DNA of 64,000 bases, taken from the sequence record ON190025.1. One strand, written 5' to 3'. The position numbers and the translations under genes are program-made. Under the pieces are notes generated by a model, which saw nothing but the letters and a program-made list of their open reading frames with translations, was not told the DNA's origin and ran no database searches. Each line of letters opens with the position of its first letter. Position 1 is the stretch's first letter. Shown here piece after piece: positions 46,140 through 55,234 of this stretch.

Positions 46140-48209
46140 ATGATTATTCATACCCCTGAAAGTAAAGTCCAAACATCTGGTAAGATGCGAACGGCTGGCT
46201 TTAATATGAAAGCAAGTGCAAAAGGCTTTCGTATTATTTCGACTACACTATACAAAGACCCTATTCTAGCTATTGTACGTGAATTGACATGTAACGGCTG
46301 GGATGCTCATCAAATGAACAAAAATATCGATAAAGCAATCGAAGTACACTTGCCGAATCAGTTTGAACCATGGTTTGCAGTGAAAGATTTCGGTTGTGGT
46401 ATGAGCGATGACGAGATCTTTGGCGTGTACACGACTGTTTTTGATTCGACGAAAGACGACTCGAACGACGTGATTGGTGCAATGGGTCTTGGTTCTAAGA
46501 CACCGTTTAGCTATAACAACGGTCAATCGTTCACTGTTAAGTCAACAAAGAACGGTCTTAAAGCGGTTTACTCTGCTTATCTTGATAATGGCGAACCTGC
46601 AATCACTTGTATGTCAGAGCCTGCACCAACTGATGAGCCTGATGGTGTTGAAGTAATCGTACCAGTACGTAAAGAAGACTTCAATCGCTTCAAAGAAGCT
46701 GCAAACAAAGTAATGCCGTACTTCAAAGCACCTGCTGTTGAGACGAATATCACTCTTTCTGAGCGTAATTTCACTCATATGGACGGTTACTTCACTGAAA
46801 ACAAGAAGAATTCATGGCGTTCTGGTGATGTTTACGCAGTAATGGGCAATGTTTGTTACCCACTAAGTGAATATCACATTCAAGATATTCATCTAGTTCG
46901 AAACTACTTCAAGAACTCTGATCTATACATTGAATTCCCGATTGGTGAACTCGATGTCAGTGCGTCTCGTGAAGAGCTTCACTATGATGACTATACGATT
47001 GACAATATCAATAAGCGTGTGAATGAAATCAATTCTAAGTTTCTAGCTGAAGCACAGAAATGGGTTGATGATCAAAACTTTGATTATATCGGTGATGCAT
47101 ATCGCGCTTGTGACAATCGTTTCAATGACGTTGTGCTGAAGAAGCTGAAGTTTAATGACGAGCTTGTGGCGACTTATGCAAGTCGTATGCTTAAAGATTT
47201 CCCGATTATGGGTAAAACTGTACGTATGCGACCTGAGTGCAGCAATAAAGAAGGTGTTCAACGCAATACCCGTGCTGCGCGTCCGTACGACTTGGTCAAC
47301 CCGCGTAATGATTACTCTAAAAAACCGATTACGGTCATTGTTGACGATTTGAAGTCTGGTGGTGTTGCAATCACAAAAGAATATATTCGTCAAGAAAACG
47401 TGAGTATTTTCTATCATCATGACGATAAGCCGTCTACGACTGCACCGTTGGCATTCTTCAAAGAACGTCTTCGTGATTGTGAGTATCGCGTGTTGAAAAC
47501 GTCTGATTTGAAAGCGAATTACACGCCTCAGAAGAAGAGCGTCAAGAAAAAACCAGTGTCAGCTACAATTCGTTTGTATGAAATGCGAATTAATGAAGAC
47601 GGCGAGCGTACAGTTAAAGCATCTGACGTTAAACGCGAAGTATTAAAGAGCGGTTCGTTTCATTACGTAAGTCTGTTCCGTGATTACATTGAGAAAGTAC
47701 CAGAGTGTGGTCATGGTCTTGATTACCATCGTTCGTTGGGTATGATCGAGACGATTATGCGTATTAAAGGCATTGATGTTGTTTACATCGCTCGACGTCC
47801 TGAGTACGTTCACATCAAAGGTAATGAAAATGCTGTAAATATCTTTGATATTAAGTTTAACAAGCGTGAATTGCGTAGTAAAATTGATTGGAAATCATAC
47901 ACAGTTGATAACAATCTGTACGGGTATCGCAGTGCGCTTGTGATGACGTGGAATAATGATGCTGTTCGTAATCATTTCGGTTACGCTCGTTCTTATCACA
48001 CGTGTAATCAGACGATTGATCGACTGTGCGACCACTTCTCTGCTATTCGCGACGTTCGAACACAAGAGCAAGAAAAGCACTTAGAGAAGTTGAAAAAGAT
48101 TCAAAATGAATCGAAATATGAATTGCTATTCAAACTTGTTGGTTCTAACACGTGTGAAGAATCAACTACAAAACTAATTAAACTCTTGAGAGGAAAACGC
48201 AATGGTTAA
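46140..48209 (+). CDS. rIIA: rIIA protein
   Basis: GHKL-like N-terminus: LYKDPILAIVRELTCN..DAH, KDFGCGM, STK, GAMGLGSKTPFSY; DGVEVIVP. Confidence 0.92.
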   Translation: MIIHTPESKVQTSGKMRTAGFNMKASAKGFRIISTTLYKDPILAIVRELTCNGWDAHQMNKNIDKAIEVHLPNQFEPWFAVKDFGCGMSDDEIFGVYTTVFDSTKDDSNDVIGAMGLGSKTPFSYNNGQSFTVKSTKNGLKAVYSAYLDNGEPAITCMSEPAPTDEPDGVEVIVPVRKEDFNRFKEAANKVMPYFKAPAVETNITLSERNFTHMDGYFTENKKNSWRSGDVYAVMGNVCYPLSEYHIQDIHLVRNYFKNSDLYIEFPIGELDVSASREELHYDDYTIDNINKRVNEINSKFLAEAQKWVDDQNFDYIGDAYRACDNRFNDVVLKKLKFNDELVATYASRMLKDFPIMGKTVRMRPECSNKEGVQRNTRAARPYDLVNPRNDYSKKPITVIVDDLKSGGVAITKEYIRQENVSIFYHHDDKPSTTAPLAFFKERLRDCEYRVLKTSDLKANYTPQKKSVKKKPVSATIRLYEMRINEDGERTVKASDVKREVLKSGSFHYVSLFRDYIEKVPECGHGLDYHRSLGMIETIMRIKGIDVVYIARRPEYVHIKGNENAVNIFDIKFNKRELRSKIDWKSYTVDNNLYGYRSALVMTWNNDAVRNHFGYARSYHTCNQTIDRLCDHFSAIRDVRTQEQEKHLEKLKKIQNESKYELLFKLVGSNTCEESTTKLIKLLRGKRNG

Positions 48210-49242
48210 CTTGCCACTCGAAACAAAACAGTCTATCGTTAAAGCATCTGCTAATGGTATGACACAGAAAGACAACGCGGCGAAGCATGGGACTTCGCCA
48301 ACCACTCTACGCCGTGTTCTTGCTGAACATCGTGATGGTAAATTCAGCTTGAATACTGCAAAGCAAGTTGTCAAACGCCCGCGCCGTAAACAACATTGTC
48401 AAGACGTATTCAAAGAAAACCTAGAGAAGTTGCTAGACACTACTGGTACTAAAGAGCCAACGCCTAAGACGAAAGCACCTGAGCCTGAAAAGACTCTTGA
48501 TCAAAAGCTTGACGAGGCGATTGAAGAATTCGCTTATGTAATCACGCCAGTTAACGTGTCTTTTACTGTTGACGGTCAAGCTTATTCTGCCGATATCACA
48601 GCACCGAACTACAGCAAGATCGTTGAAGCATTGCTAGACAATGACGGTGCTACCGCAGTTGAACTTCTAGATGTAGCAAAAGGCATTGAAGAGTTTATGC
48701 TTGGTAATGTCAAAGTGAAAGGTGGCGTTGTTAAGTACAAAGACCTTGATATCGATGGTGGTATGACTGGTCGCATTCTTGAAGCTATGGAAGATGGTGA
48801 CAAGACTCAAGTGACTAAACTCGTGAAGTTCTTCGAGAATCTAATCGAGAACCCATCGCGTCGCGCTGTCGAAGAGCTTTACGGCTTCTTAGAAGCTGCT
48901 GATATCGAACTAACCGATGATGGTCACTTCTTAGCGTACAAAAAGATTCGCGACAACTACAAAGACATTCACAGTAACAAAATGTGCAATAAGCCAGGTA
49001 CACGTGTATGGATGTTGCGTCACCAAGTGAACGACAACAAAGATCAAACTTGTTCGGCTGGTCTGCATGTCTGTTCGAAAGGTTACTTGCCACACTTTGG
49101 TGGTGCTGCGGGTAATCGCGTCGTGCTTTGTAAAGTCAACCCACGTGATGTTGTGTCTGTACCATCTGATTACAACAACACCAAGTTGCGCTGTAGCGAA
49201 TATCTAGTTCTGAAAGAGCTAGACAAAAATACTTTGAAATAA
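48202..49242 (+). CDS. rIIB: rIIB protein
   Basis: N-terminal HTH, FFENL.ENPS, LTDDGHFLAYK, TCSAGLHVCS, VNPRDVVSVP.DY...KLRC. Confidence 0.92.
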   Translation: MVNLPLETKQSIVKASANGMTQKDNAAKHGTSPTTLRRVLAEHRDGKFSLNTAKQVVKRPRRKQHCQDVFKENLEKLLDTTGTKEPTPKTKAPEPEKTLDQKLDEAIEEFAYVITPVNVSFTVDGQAYSADITAPNYSKIVEALLDNDGATAVELLDVAKGIEEFMLGNVKVKGGVVKYKDLDIDGGMTGRILEAMEDGDKTQVTKLVKFFENLIENPSRRAVEELYGFLEAADIELTDDGHFLAYKKIRDNYKDIHSNKMCNKPGTRVWMLRHQVNDNKDQTCSAGLHVCSKGYLPHFGGAAGNRVVLCKVNPRDVVSVPSDYNNTKLRCSEYLVLKELDKNTLK

Positions 49243-49246
49243 TTTT

Positions 49247-49285
49247 AAAAAAGGGTTGACTTCGGTCAGCCCTTTTGTGTATTAT
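49247..49285 (+). promoter_or_regulatory. combined terminator and early promoter
   Basis: GGGTTGAC-TTCG-GTCAGCCC TTTT; TTGACT -18- TATTAT. Confidence 0.75.
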
Positions 49286-49320
49286 ACAACTACTGAAACG
49301 AAACAACGAAAGAGAACATT

Positions 49321-49578
49321 ATGACTGCACAACAAATTATCGCTTCACTAGAATCAACATATGACATCGACTATGCTTGTACAACTACTGATGGTGAAGT
49401 TCACACAATCACTGAGTATCGTGAAATCATCGGCTGTCTTGTAGTTTCACCGCGTCGAGGTAGTATTGGTGTTGGTTATGTTCATGATGACGACACAGAT
49501 GAAGTTCAACCGTATGATATTACGTGGTTCTCGTCTGATGACCTAAATTCTATCGAAGTTCACATTGATTGCTTATAA
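49321..49578 (+). CDS. hypothetical early protein
   Basis: ORF with GAGA SD. Confidence 0.65.
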   Translation: MTAQQIIASLESTYDIDYACTTTDGEVHTITEYREIIGCLVVSPRRGSIGVGYVHDDDTDEVQPYDITWFSSDDLNSIEVHIDCL

Positions 49579-49590
49579 GAGGAAAACATT

Positions 49591-49935
49591 ATGAAAGTTA
49601 TGAACGCTACTGACTTACGCGCTGTTGAAGCACTTGTCGAACAGAATGACGCAGCGGTCGTTAATAAAGAAAAATACCGCAGTGCTCTTGCTTTCGCATA
49701 TGGCTGCATGAACAGTATTCAACGTTCAGTATATCGCGATTATCATCTGAATGTGTTAGCCGAGCGTTATGACATTGAGTACTGCAACGATGATCAAGTT
49801 ATCTTGCCTCACGGTGCATTGAAGGCAACTATCAAATTCATCAAAGAAACTCTAAGTGATTCTGATTATGCAGAACTTAAAGAATACTTTCAATTCACAA
49901 TTGCACTGGCGGTGAACGACAATGAAACGATTTAA
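49591..49935 (+). CDS. hypothetical protein
   Basis: GAGG SD. Confidence 0.65.
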   Translation: MKVMNATDLRAVEALVEQNDAAVVNKEKYRSALAFAYGCMNSIQRSVYRDYHLNVLAERYDIEYCNDDQVILPHGALKATIKFIKETLSDSDYAELKEYFQFTIALAVNDNETI

Positions 49936-50605
49936 GAAACATATTCGAAAATACGATGAGCATGGAGTTGCTCAGTATAATATGCTGATGATATTCGGTT
50001 TGATGATAGTAATCGCTCTATCAATAGCACTTACTGCGGCAAATATATTATTTTCATTCGAAATACAAAACCCTGACGCGAACATCACAACACCGGGTGA
50101 TTCTTTCTGGACAGTATGGATGGCAATGAGTACAATCGGTTTTGGTGACAAGTACCCTGTCACTACAGGTGGTCGATATGTCATCGGGTGTATGTTTGTT
50201 GTTGGTACATCGTTACTGGGTTTGACTATTGGTATTATCAACTCATGGGTCGTGTCCAAGTTTGATAAAAGCATTCAGAATCGCGTGTTGAAGAGTCAGA
50301 ACGATGCATTATTGCACAAACTAGACCGTCTTGAGACGCATTTAGGCATCGATCAAGAAGTTCGATTTGATAAAGATGCACATGGTATAGATACAATAAT
50401 TGATCAGTATTTTGACAGCAACGATAAAGCCGATAGATTTGTTACACTTGGTCAAGATGATAGCGGTCGATATGTCGTAGCAATAAATCAGCTAATAGTC
50501 GAAACGCAACATACATCAATGAAGTGGCATACTTTCATCAATGAAAAAGATGCTGTTAAATTCTTTGAAGAAACTAGTGAATTATTTCACACGGAGCTAT
50601 TATGA
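49922..50605 (+). CDS. KcsA-like two-TM potassium channel
   Basis: M1, pore helix GDSFWTVWMAMS, filter TIGFGD, KYPVTTGGR, M2, coiled coil. Confidence 0.85.
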   Translation: MKRFKKHIRKYDEHGVAQYNMLMIFGLMIVIALSIALTAANILFSFEIQNPDANITTPGDSFWTVWMAMSTIGFGDKYPVTTGGRYVIGCMFVVGTSLLGLTIGIINSWVVSKFDKSIQNRVLKSQNDALLHKLDRLETHLGIDQEVRFDKDAHGIDTIIDQYFDSNDKADRFVTLGQDDSGRYVVAINQLIVETQHTSMKWHTFINEKDAVKFFEETSELFHTELL

Positions 50606-51093
50606 TTCGTAAAATTATACTCGTTGCACTAGCAACACTGACACTTGCCGCATGTGACAACAAACCTGCGACGCTTGATACTAACGCTTACTATGCTGAA
50701 CAAGAAGATGAACAGCTACTAGTTGACGCACCAACTACTGAAAAGTTTGATGTGACGCCGCCTGTTGTTGAAGAACAACCGCAACAACCACAGACAGTCG
50801 TTGTACAGCAAGATGACGGGTTTGATTTAGGTGATGCAGCGATTGGTTTTGTTGCTGCTGAGTTAATCGACGAAGTAGGTGATTCTTTTGAGTCGAAGAA
50901 GACGCACGTTAAACAAGTTGTAATCAAGCAGCCTGTAAAGAAAGCGCCAGTGATTAAACGTGTTGAACCTAAAAAGGTAGAAGCGAAGAAGATAACAAAG
51001 ACTGTAGTCAAGAAGAAACAGAAAAAAGAAAGCTTTTTAAATCGAGCAGTCAAAAAAGTGAAAAAATCGAAGTTTAAAAAACGTCGCAGATAA
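50602..51093 (+). CDS. lipoprotein with acidic middle and Lys-rich C-terminus
   Basis: Lipobox LAAC; C-terminal KKVKKSKFKKRRR. Confidence 0.7.
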   Translation: MIRKIILVALATLTLAACDNKPATLDTNAYYAEQEDEQLLVDAPTTEKFDVTPPVVEEQPQQPQTVVVQQDDGFDLGDAAIGFVAAELIDEVGDSFESKKTHVKQVVIKQPVKKAPVIKRVEPKKVEAKKITKTVVKKKQKKESFLNRAVKKVKKSKFKKRRR

Positions 51094-51121
51094 AAAAAGG
51101 GAGCAATTAGCTCCCTTTTTT
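51092..51121. terminator. bidirectional terminator (reverse complement of the 40898 element)
   Basis: A7 GGGAGC-AATTA-GCTCCC T6. Confidence 0.85.
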
Positions 51122-51122
51122 G

Positions 51123-51680
51123 TTATTTTGACTTCTTAGCGGCTTTTTTAGCACGTTTAGTAGCCTTTTCAATCTTTATCAGCTCTGCTTCCATCTTCTC
51201 AAGACCTTGAAGATATTGATCAGATTGCTTGATGTCGCTACGAAATACGCCTTTCGCTGTTGCAATATCAATGTCACTGTTGAGACTTGTGCGAAGCTTA
51301 CGAACTAAGAACAACGAACGCTCTAAGTCTTTTTCAAATGCTGCTACTTTCTTCTCAGTGATATCGTCTTGTTTCAGTGAGCGATACTTCTCGATTTTCT
51401 TCATAGTCTTTTTGAGTTCGCTGTAGTCTTTGCGTGCTTGACCGCCTGCAAATAACGCACCACCAATAAGACCATGAATACCGAGACTAATTGCACCCCA
51501 TGTTGCAAGTGGTACAGCGACTGCCAAACCACCTGTTGCTGTCGCACCCGCTGCTGCGGTCATAAAGCCAAATGCAGCACCGAGAGATGCACCAGCTAAT
51601 GCAGAACGACCAGCCCATTGCTTTATTGTAGCTTCTTTAAGCTCTGTTTCTTTATATTCATCAAATGTTTTAAGTTCCAT
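51123..51680 (-). CDS. capsid-targeted glycine-zipper/coiled-coil protein
   Basis: MELKTFDEYKETELKEA; GxxxG-rich hydrophobic hairpin; late promoter on - at 51808-51813. Confidence 0.7.
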   Translation of the reverse strand: MELKTFDEYKETELKEATIKQWAGRSALAGASLGAAFGFMTAAAGATATGGLAVAVPLATWGAISLGIHGLIGGALFAGGQARKDYSELKKTMKKIEKYRSLKQDDITEKKVAAFEKDLERSLFLVRKLRTSLNSDIDIATAKGVFRSDIKQSDQYLQGLEKMEAELIKIEKATKRAKKAAKKSK

Positions 51681-51712
51681 CACGGTATTCCTTTGTTGTC
51701 AGTAATAAAAAA

Positions 51713-51813
51713 CGAGGGAAGCGACTATAGTTGGAACCAATACTCGCAGTGACCAATGCGATACATAGTCACGACCCTCGAAACTGAATAAAATATTGTG
51801 TATGATATATTTA
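51713..51813 (-). promoter_or_regulatory. late promoter plus multi-stem leader followed by a U-tract
   Basis: CTAAATA on -; stems CGAGGG/CCCTCG, GACTAT/ATAGTC, TCGCA/TGCGA. Confidence 0.6.
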
Positions 51814-51948
51814 GTGCTACAACACTACTTGATTTACAATTTTCTCATAAAAAAGACAAAATAATTGTTGACTAAAGTGTAAAAAATGCTTATCATAAGG
51901 CATATTCTGATTAAACGTTCAATAATCCAACAAAAAGAGATTTATATT

Positions 51949-52413
51949 ATGACACCAAAAGACATTCTACGCGCTGCGAACACTACTGTTTCTAAGCTGA
52001 GTATTTTAAATGGCGAGTACAGCACAGTTGTTCTAGGCTCACCTGCAAGTGGTAAAAACACTATGCTATTGGGTATGATGATGCAACGTGGCATCGACAA
52101 CTGTACAATGATCGTTACAGAAACACATCCCGCTAATATGGCTAATAAAATTGGTGTTGGTGCATTGGTTGTATGTGGTGGACTGAATCTTGAAAAACTC
52201 ATTGAGGCAGTTTCATTTGCATGTACTCAAGATCGTGAACATATCTTCATCGAGCACGTGCAGCCTATGTTAGGTCACGACATCGTTGAAATTCTAGAGT
52301 CAATCGTGAAACCATTCAACAAGCGCATCTACATCGGTATTCAAGCTGCACGCAGTAGCGGTCTAGGTGATAACTATAAAACACAAATGATGAATACATT
52401 GACACTGGGGTAA
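51949..52413 (+). CDS. degenerate P-loop protein
   Basis: VVLGSPASGKNT, HIFIEH at the Walker B position. Confidence 0.55.
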   Translation: MTPKDILRAANTTVSKLSILNGEYSTVVLGSPASGKNTMLLGMMMQRGIDNCTMIVTETHPANMANKIGVGALVVCGGLNLEKLIEAVSFACTQDREHIFIEHVQPMLGHDIVEILESIVKPFNKRIYIGIQAARSSGLGDNYKTQMMNTLTLG

Positions 52414-52415
52414 TT

Positions 52416-52691
52416 ATGAACTTCTTTCAAATAAGCATGAATTTAGCTATTGACCCATCAATTGAACCAGACGAAGAGTGGGCTGATAAGCAATTGATCA
52501 TTGCTTCTAGTCACGAAATGGCTAGAAAACTTGCTGATGCACGCAAGAAAGGTCGTCATGGTTGGTTCGACCCTAATGTGTGCTCTATCGACTATCTCTA
52601 TGAGTTGCGCGATAAAGCACTTGAAGATAATGATCACGTGAGTGTAATGAACTACACCGCAATGATCGCTATGCGGGAGAGTGTACAATGA
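52416..52691 (+). CDS. hypothetical protein
   Basis: KLADARKKGRHGW motif. Confidence 0.65.
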   Translation: MNFFQISMNLAIDPSIEPDEEWADKQLIIASSHEMARKLADARKKGRHGWFDPNVCSIDYLYELRDKALEDNDHVSVMNYTAMIAMRESVQ

Positions 52692-53701
52692 ATGTACTAT
52701 TCACGAGTCTATTCGGCTCGAAACTCTATGGCACAGACACGCCAGAGTCAGATACAGACTACAAAGCTGTCTTTCAACCTGAAATACGTAAACTGTTGCG
52801 CGGTGTTGCAATAAAGAACTCAGTACACACGACTGGCAAATCGTTTGAGAAGAACGGTGCAGACGATGAAGACTTTGAATATATACCAGTTCAAGTGTTC
52901 ATGCGTGACTTTCTTGCAGGTCAGTCGTATGCAATTGAATTGGCATTTAATGCACTACAGAACCCAGATGACTGCAACCCTGCATTCTCTGCTATGTGTC
53001 GTGAGTTAACAAGTACGTATTTGACATCAAACGTTAAAGCAATGACTGGTTACGCGCTCAATCAAGCACAGAAGTACGGCATCAAAGGTACGCGACTAAA
53101 CAGCCTTATGCAATTCGCCCGTGCTGTAGAGACGCACAACGTCGATTCTAAAGCGAAGTTGGGTTCAAGCCCTGAGTTGTGCAAACAACTATGGGAACTG
53201 TGTGCAGAAGACGCTCACGTGCGTTTTCAGTGGTATCATGGGCCTAAAACTAAAGACGCGAGCGATTTGAAAGACCCTGCATTCAGTGTGCTTGAGAAAG
53301 TATTCGGTCTTGAGATAACGTTTGAAGAAGCTGCGGGTCGTCTTGAGAAGATGATGAGCAAATATGGTGCTCGTGCATATCAAGCGCGTGCTGCAAGTGG
53401 TTCAGATTGGAAAGCGATATCACATGCCATGCGTGTAATCGATCAAGCAATCGATATACTAACAGTAGGTAAGTTGGAATTCCCTTTGAAGAACGCAGCG
53501 TTCTATCGTGACGTGAAACAAGGTAAGTACAAGTGGGAATATGTGTCTGAAGTGCTGCAAGAACGTCTTGAAGTGCTAGAAGATGCAAAAGATACAACGT
53601 CACTTCCGAATCACACACCTGAATTGGTTAATGATTTCTACGAGTGGTATGATGACTGGCTTGACGAATTCTACTTCCCTTCAGTATATAGTTACAATTG
53701 A
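52688..53701 (+). CDS. Pol-beta-superfamily nucleotidyltransferase (T4 NrdC.11-like)
   Basis: LFGSKLYGTDTPESDTDYKAVF, DWKAISHAMR, LEFPL. Confidence 0.85.
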   Translation: MNVLFTSLFGSKLYGTDTPESDTDYKAVFQPEIRKLLRGVAIKNSVHTTGKSFEKNGADDEDFEYIPVQVFMRDFLAGQSYAIELAFNALQNPDDCNPAFSAMCRELTSTYLTSNVKAMTGYALNQAQKYGIKGTRLNSLMQFARAVETHNVDSKAKLGSSPELCKQLWELCAEDAHVRFQWYHGPKTKDASDLKDPAFSVLEKVFGLEITFEEAAGRLEKMMSKYGARAYQARAASGSDWKAISHAMRVIDQAIDILTVGKLEFPLKNAAFYRDVKQGKYKWEYVSEVLQERLEVLEDAKDTTSLPNHTPELVNDFYEWYDDWLDEFYFPSVYSYN

Positions 53702-53702
53702 T

Positions 53703-53710
53703 TATAAATA
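53703..53710 (+). promoter_or_regulatory. late promoter
   Basis: TATAAATA 26 nt upstream of the 53736 start. Confidence 0.8.
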
Positions 53711-53735
53711 CGTTAAACAAATAAAGAGGTTTAAC

Positions 53736-53987
53736 ATGAAAGGTTTTAACGATTTTTTCAAAAAAGGTGAAGTCAAGCTGCAAGAAACTGAACAAGAGTT
53801 TCACGAGCGCGTTGTCAAGCATCGTAAAGTAGATGACAAACGTTATCCAGACTTATCTAAGGCTGGGCTAGAGGGTCCATACACTGATCTTAATGGTAAA
53901 GTGTACTACTATGATGCACGCGAGGGTCTTTATTATGACCCAGACACTGACATTTACATCACTGCTAAAGAATTACGTTTACCGTAA
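53736..53987 (+). CDS. 83-aa late protein with capsid-targeting-like N-terminus and Tyr-rich beta motif
   Basis: GAGG SD; MKGFNDFFKKGEVKLQE; GKVYYYDAREGLYYDPDTDIY. Confidence 0.7.
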   Translation: MKGFNDFFKKGEVKLQETEQEFHERVVKHRKVDDKRYPDLSKAGLEGPYTDLNGKVYYYDAREGLYYDPDTDIYITAKELRLP

Positions 53988-53988
53988 T

Positions 53989-54015
53989 AAAAAAGCGCCT
54001 GTAGGCGCTTTTTTT
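53989..54015. terminator. bidirectional terminator
   Basis: A6 GCGCCT-GT-AGGCGC T-run. Confidence 0.8.
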
Positions 54016-54730
54016 ATATTTCCTCAAACCAATACCCCTCTTTCTCGTTGCGAATATATCTTTGCACCGTAGAAGCACTACAGCCATTTTCTTTAGCTGC
54101 GGATCTCAATGAGCTGAATACTCCATTTGGCGTGTGATAATACCCTCTGAATTTAGGATGCGATTCTGCTGTATTTTTCCCGCGAGTGTTTTTAGATATT
54201 TTGCTCAACGTCTCTTTTGAGTGTTTGGTTCCAAACATTGGATTTTTATCACCGACACGCTTCCCTACTTGAGATTGCGAGATTTTAAGTTTCTTGTCTT
54301 CGCTGAGAGTCTTCCCGAAAGAGTGATGTTCTTCGCCTGATTTATATTCTCTACCACAATTTTTCAGTGCGATTGAGATTTTCATTCTGTGTTCAGGTGT
54401 CTTCGGGACACCTCTCTGAGATTCAGCTTTATGTTTACGTGCATATGCAAACGTCCTGCTTGTGTATCGGCGTTTTGTATTAGGTCCCGACATGCACATT
54501 GCGTACCATGCATTTAATGTTCCATAATTTCGAAAACGTTTATATAACAGCCAGTGTGCTATATAATGTTCTCTTGCTGTCAGTGCAACTATATTGTCAC
54601 TGTCATCGGTTCCATTCATGCAGCGAGGGACTATGTGGTGCATTTCTATGTATTCTGATGAGTTTTCTTTCGACCAAGAACGGTCAACTGCACGCGCTAT
54701 AAGCTCGTTATATATTCTTTCGTAGTTCAT
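54014..54730 (-). mobile_element. free-standing Mob-like HNH homing endonuclease with NUMOD3-type repeats
   Basis: NYERIYNELI, EMHHIVPRCMNG.D...N...LTAREHYIAHWLL; KTPEHRMKIS/KHSKETLSKIS; start at 54730 after GGGA. Confidence 0.85.
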
Positions 54731-54763
54731 TGTTATCCCACATCGGATCATCACTTAGATATA

Positions 54764-54831
54764 AGCAACAAGGGTGTGTGATGTGAGACACCCGGTTCGA
54801 CCGCTAAATCTAGTTGCTCAGTGTATTTATA
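54764..54831 (-). promoter_or_regulatory. late promoter plus three-stem leader of the HNH gene
   Basis: TATAAATA on - at 54824-54831; AGCAAC/GTTGCT, GGGTGT/ACACCC, CGGT/ACCG stems. Confidence 0.65.
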
Positions 54832-54856
54832 ATCATCAAACGGAGTATTTATAAAA

Positions 54857-55234
54857 ATGAATTTAATGTCGCCTCGTATATTAGTGTGCGGTGGTCGCAA
54901 GTATAATAATCGAAAACTTGTTTATGCTGCATTGGATAAGATATACAATAGCTCTTACATAGGGAGACTGACTATTATTGAAGGCGGCGCATTGGGTGCT
55001 GATCGTCTTGCGCAAGATTGGGCGAATCAAGCGCATATCGACGTTGAGCTAATCACATGCGAAGCTGATTGGGATAAGCATGGTGTTTCTGCGGGATATA
55101 GACGCAACACTGACATGGCTAATCTCAAGCCAGACTTGTGTCTGGCATTTAAAGGTGGTCGCGGGACACAGAATATGGTTGATATCTGTCGCGACCGTAA
55201 TATCAAAGTACACTTATTAGAATGGAAGTATTAA
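54857..55234 (+). CDS. SLOG/YspA (DUF2493)-family protein
   Basis: [31 protein letters not shown]. Confidence 0.85.
   Translation: MNLMSPRILVCGGRKYNNRKLVYAALDKIYNSSYIGRLTIIEGGALGADRLAQDWANQAHIDVELITCEADWDKHGVSAGYRRNTDMANLKPDLCLAFKGGRGTQNMVDICRDRNIKVHLLEWKY

Noticed and set aside
53583-53735. Longer N-terminus of the 53583-53987 ORF
   Set aside because: It overlaps the nucleotidyltransferase; the late promoter and SD support the ATG at 53736.
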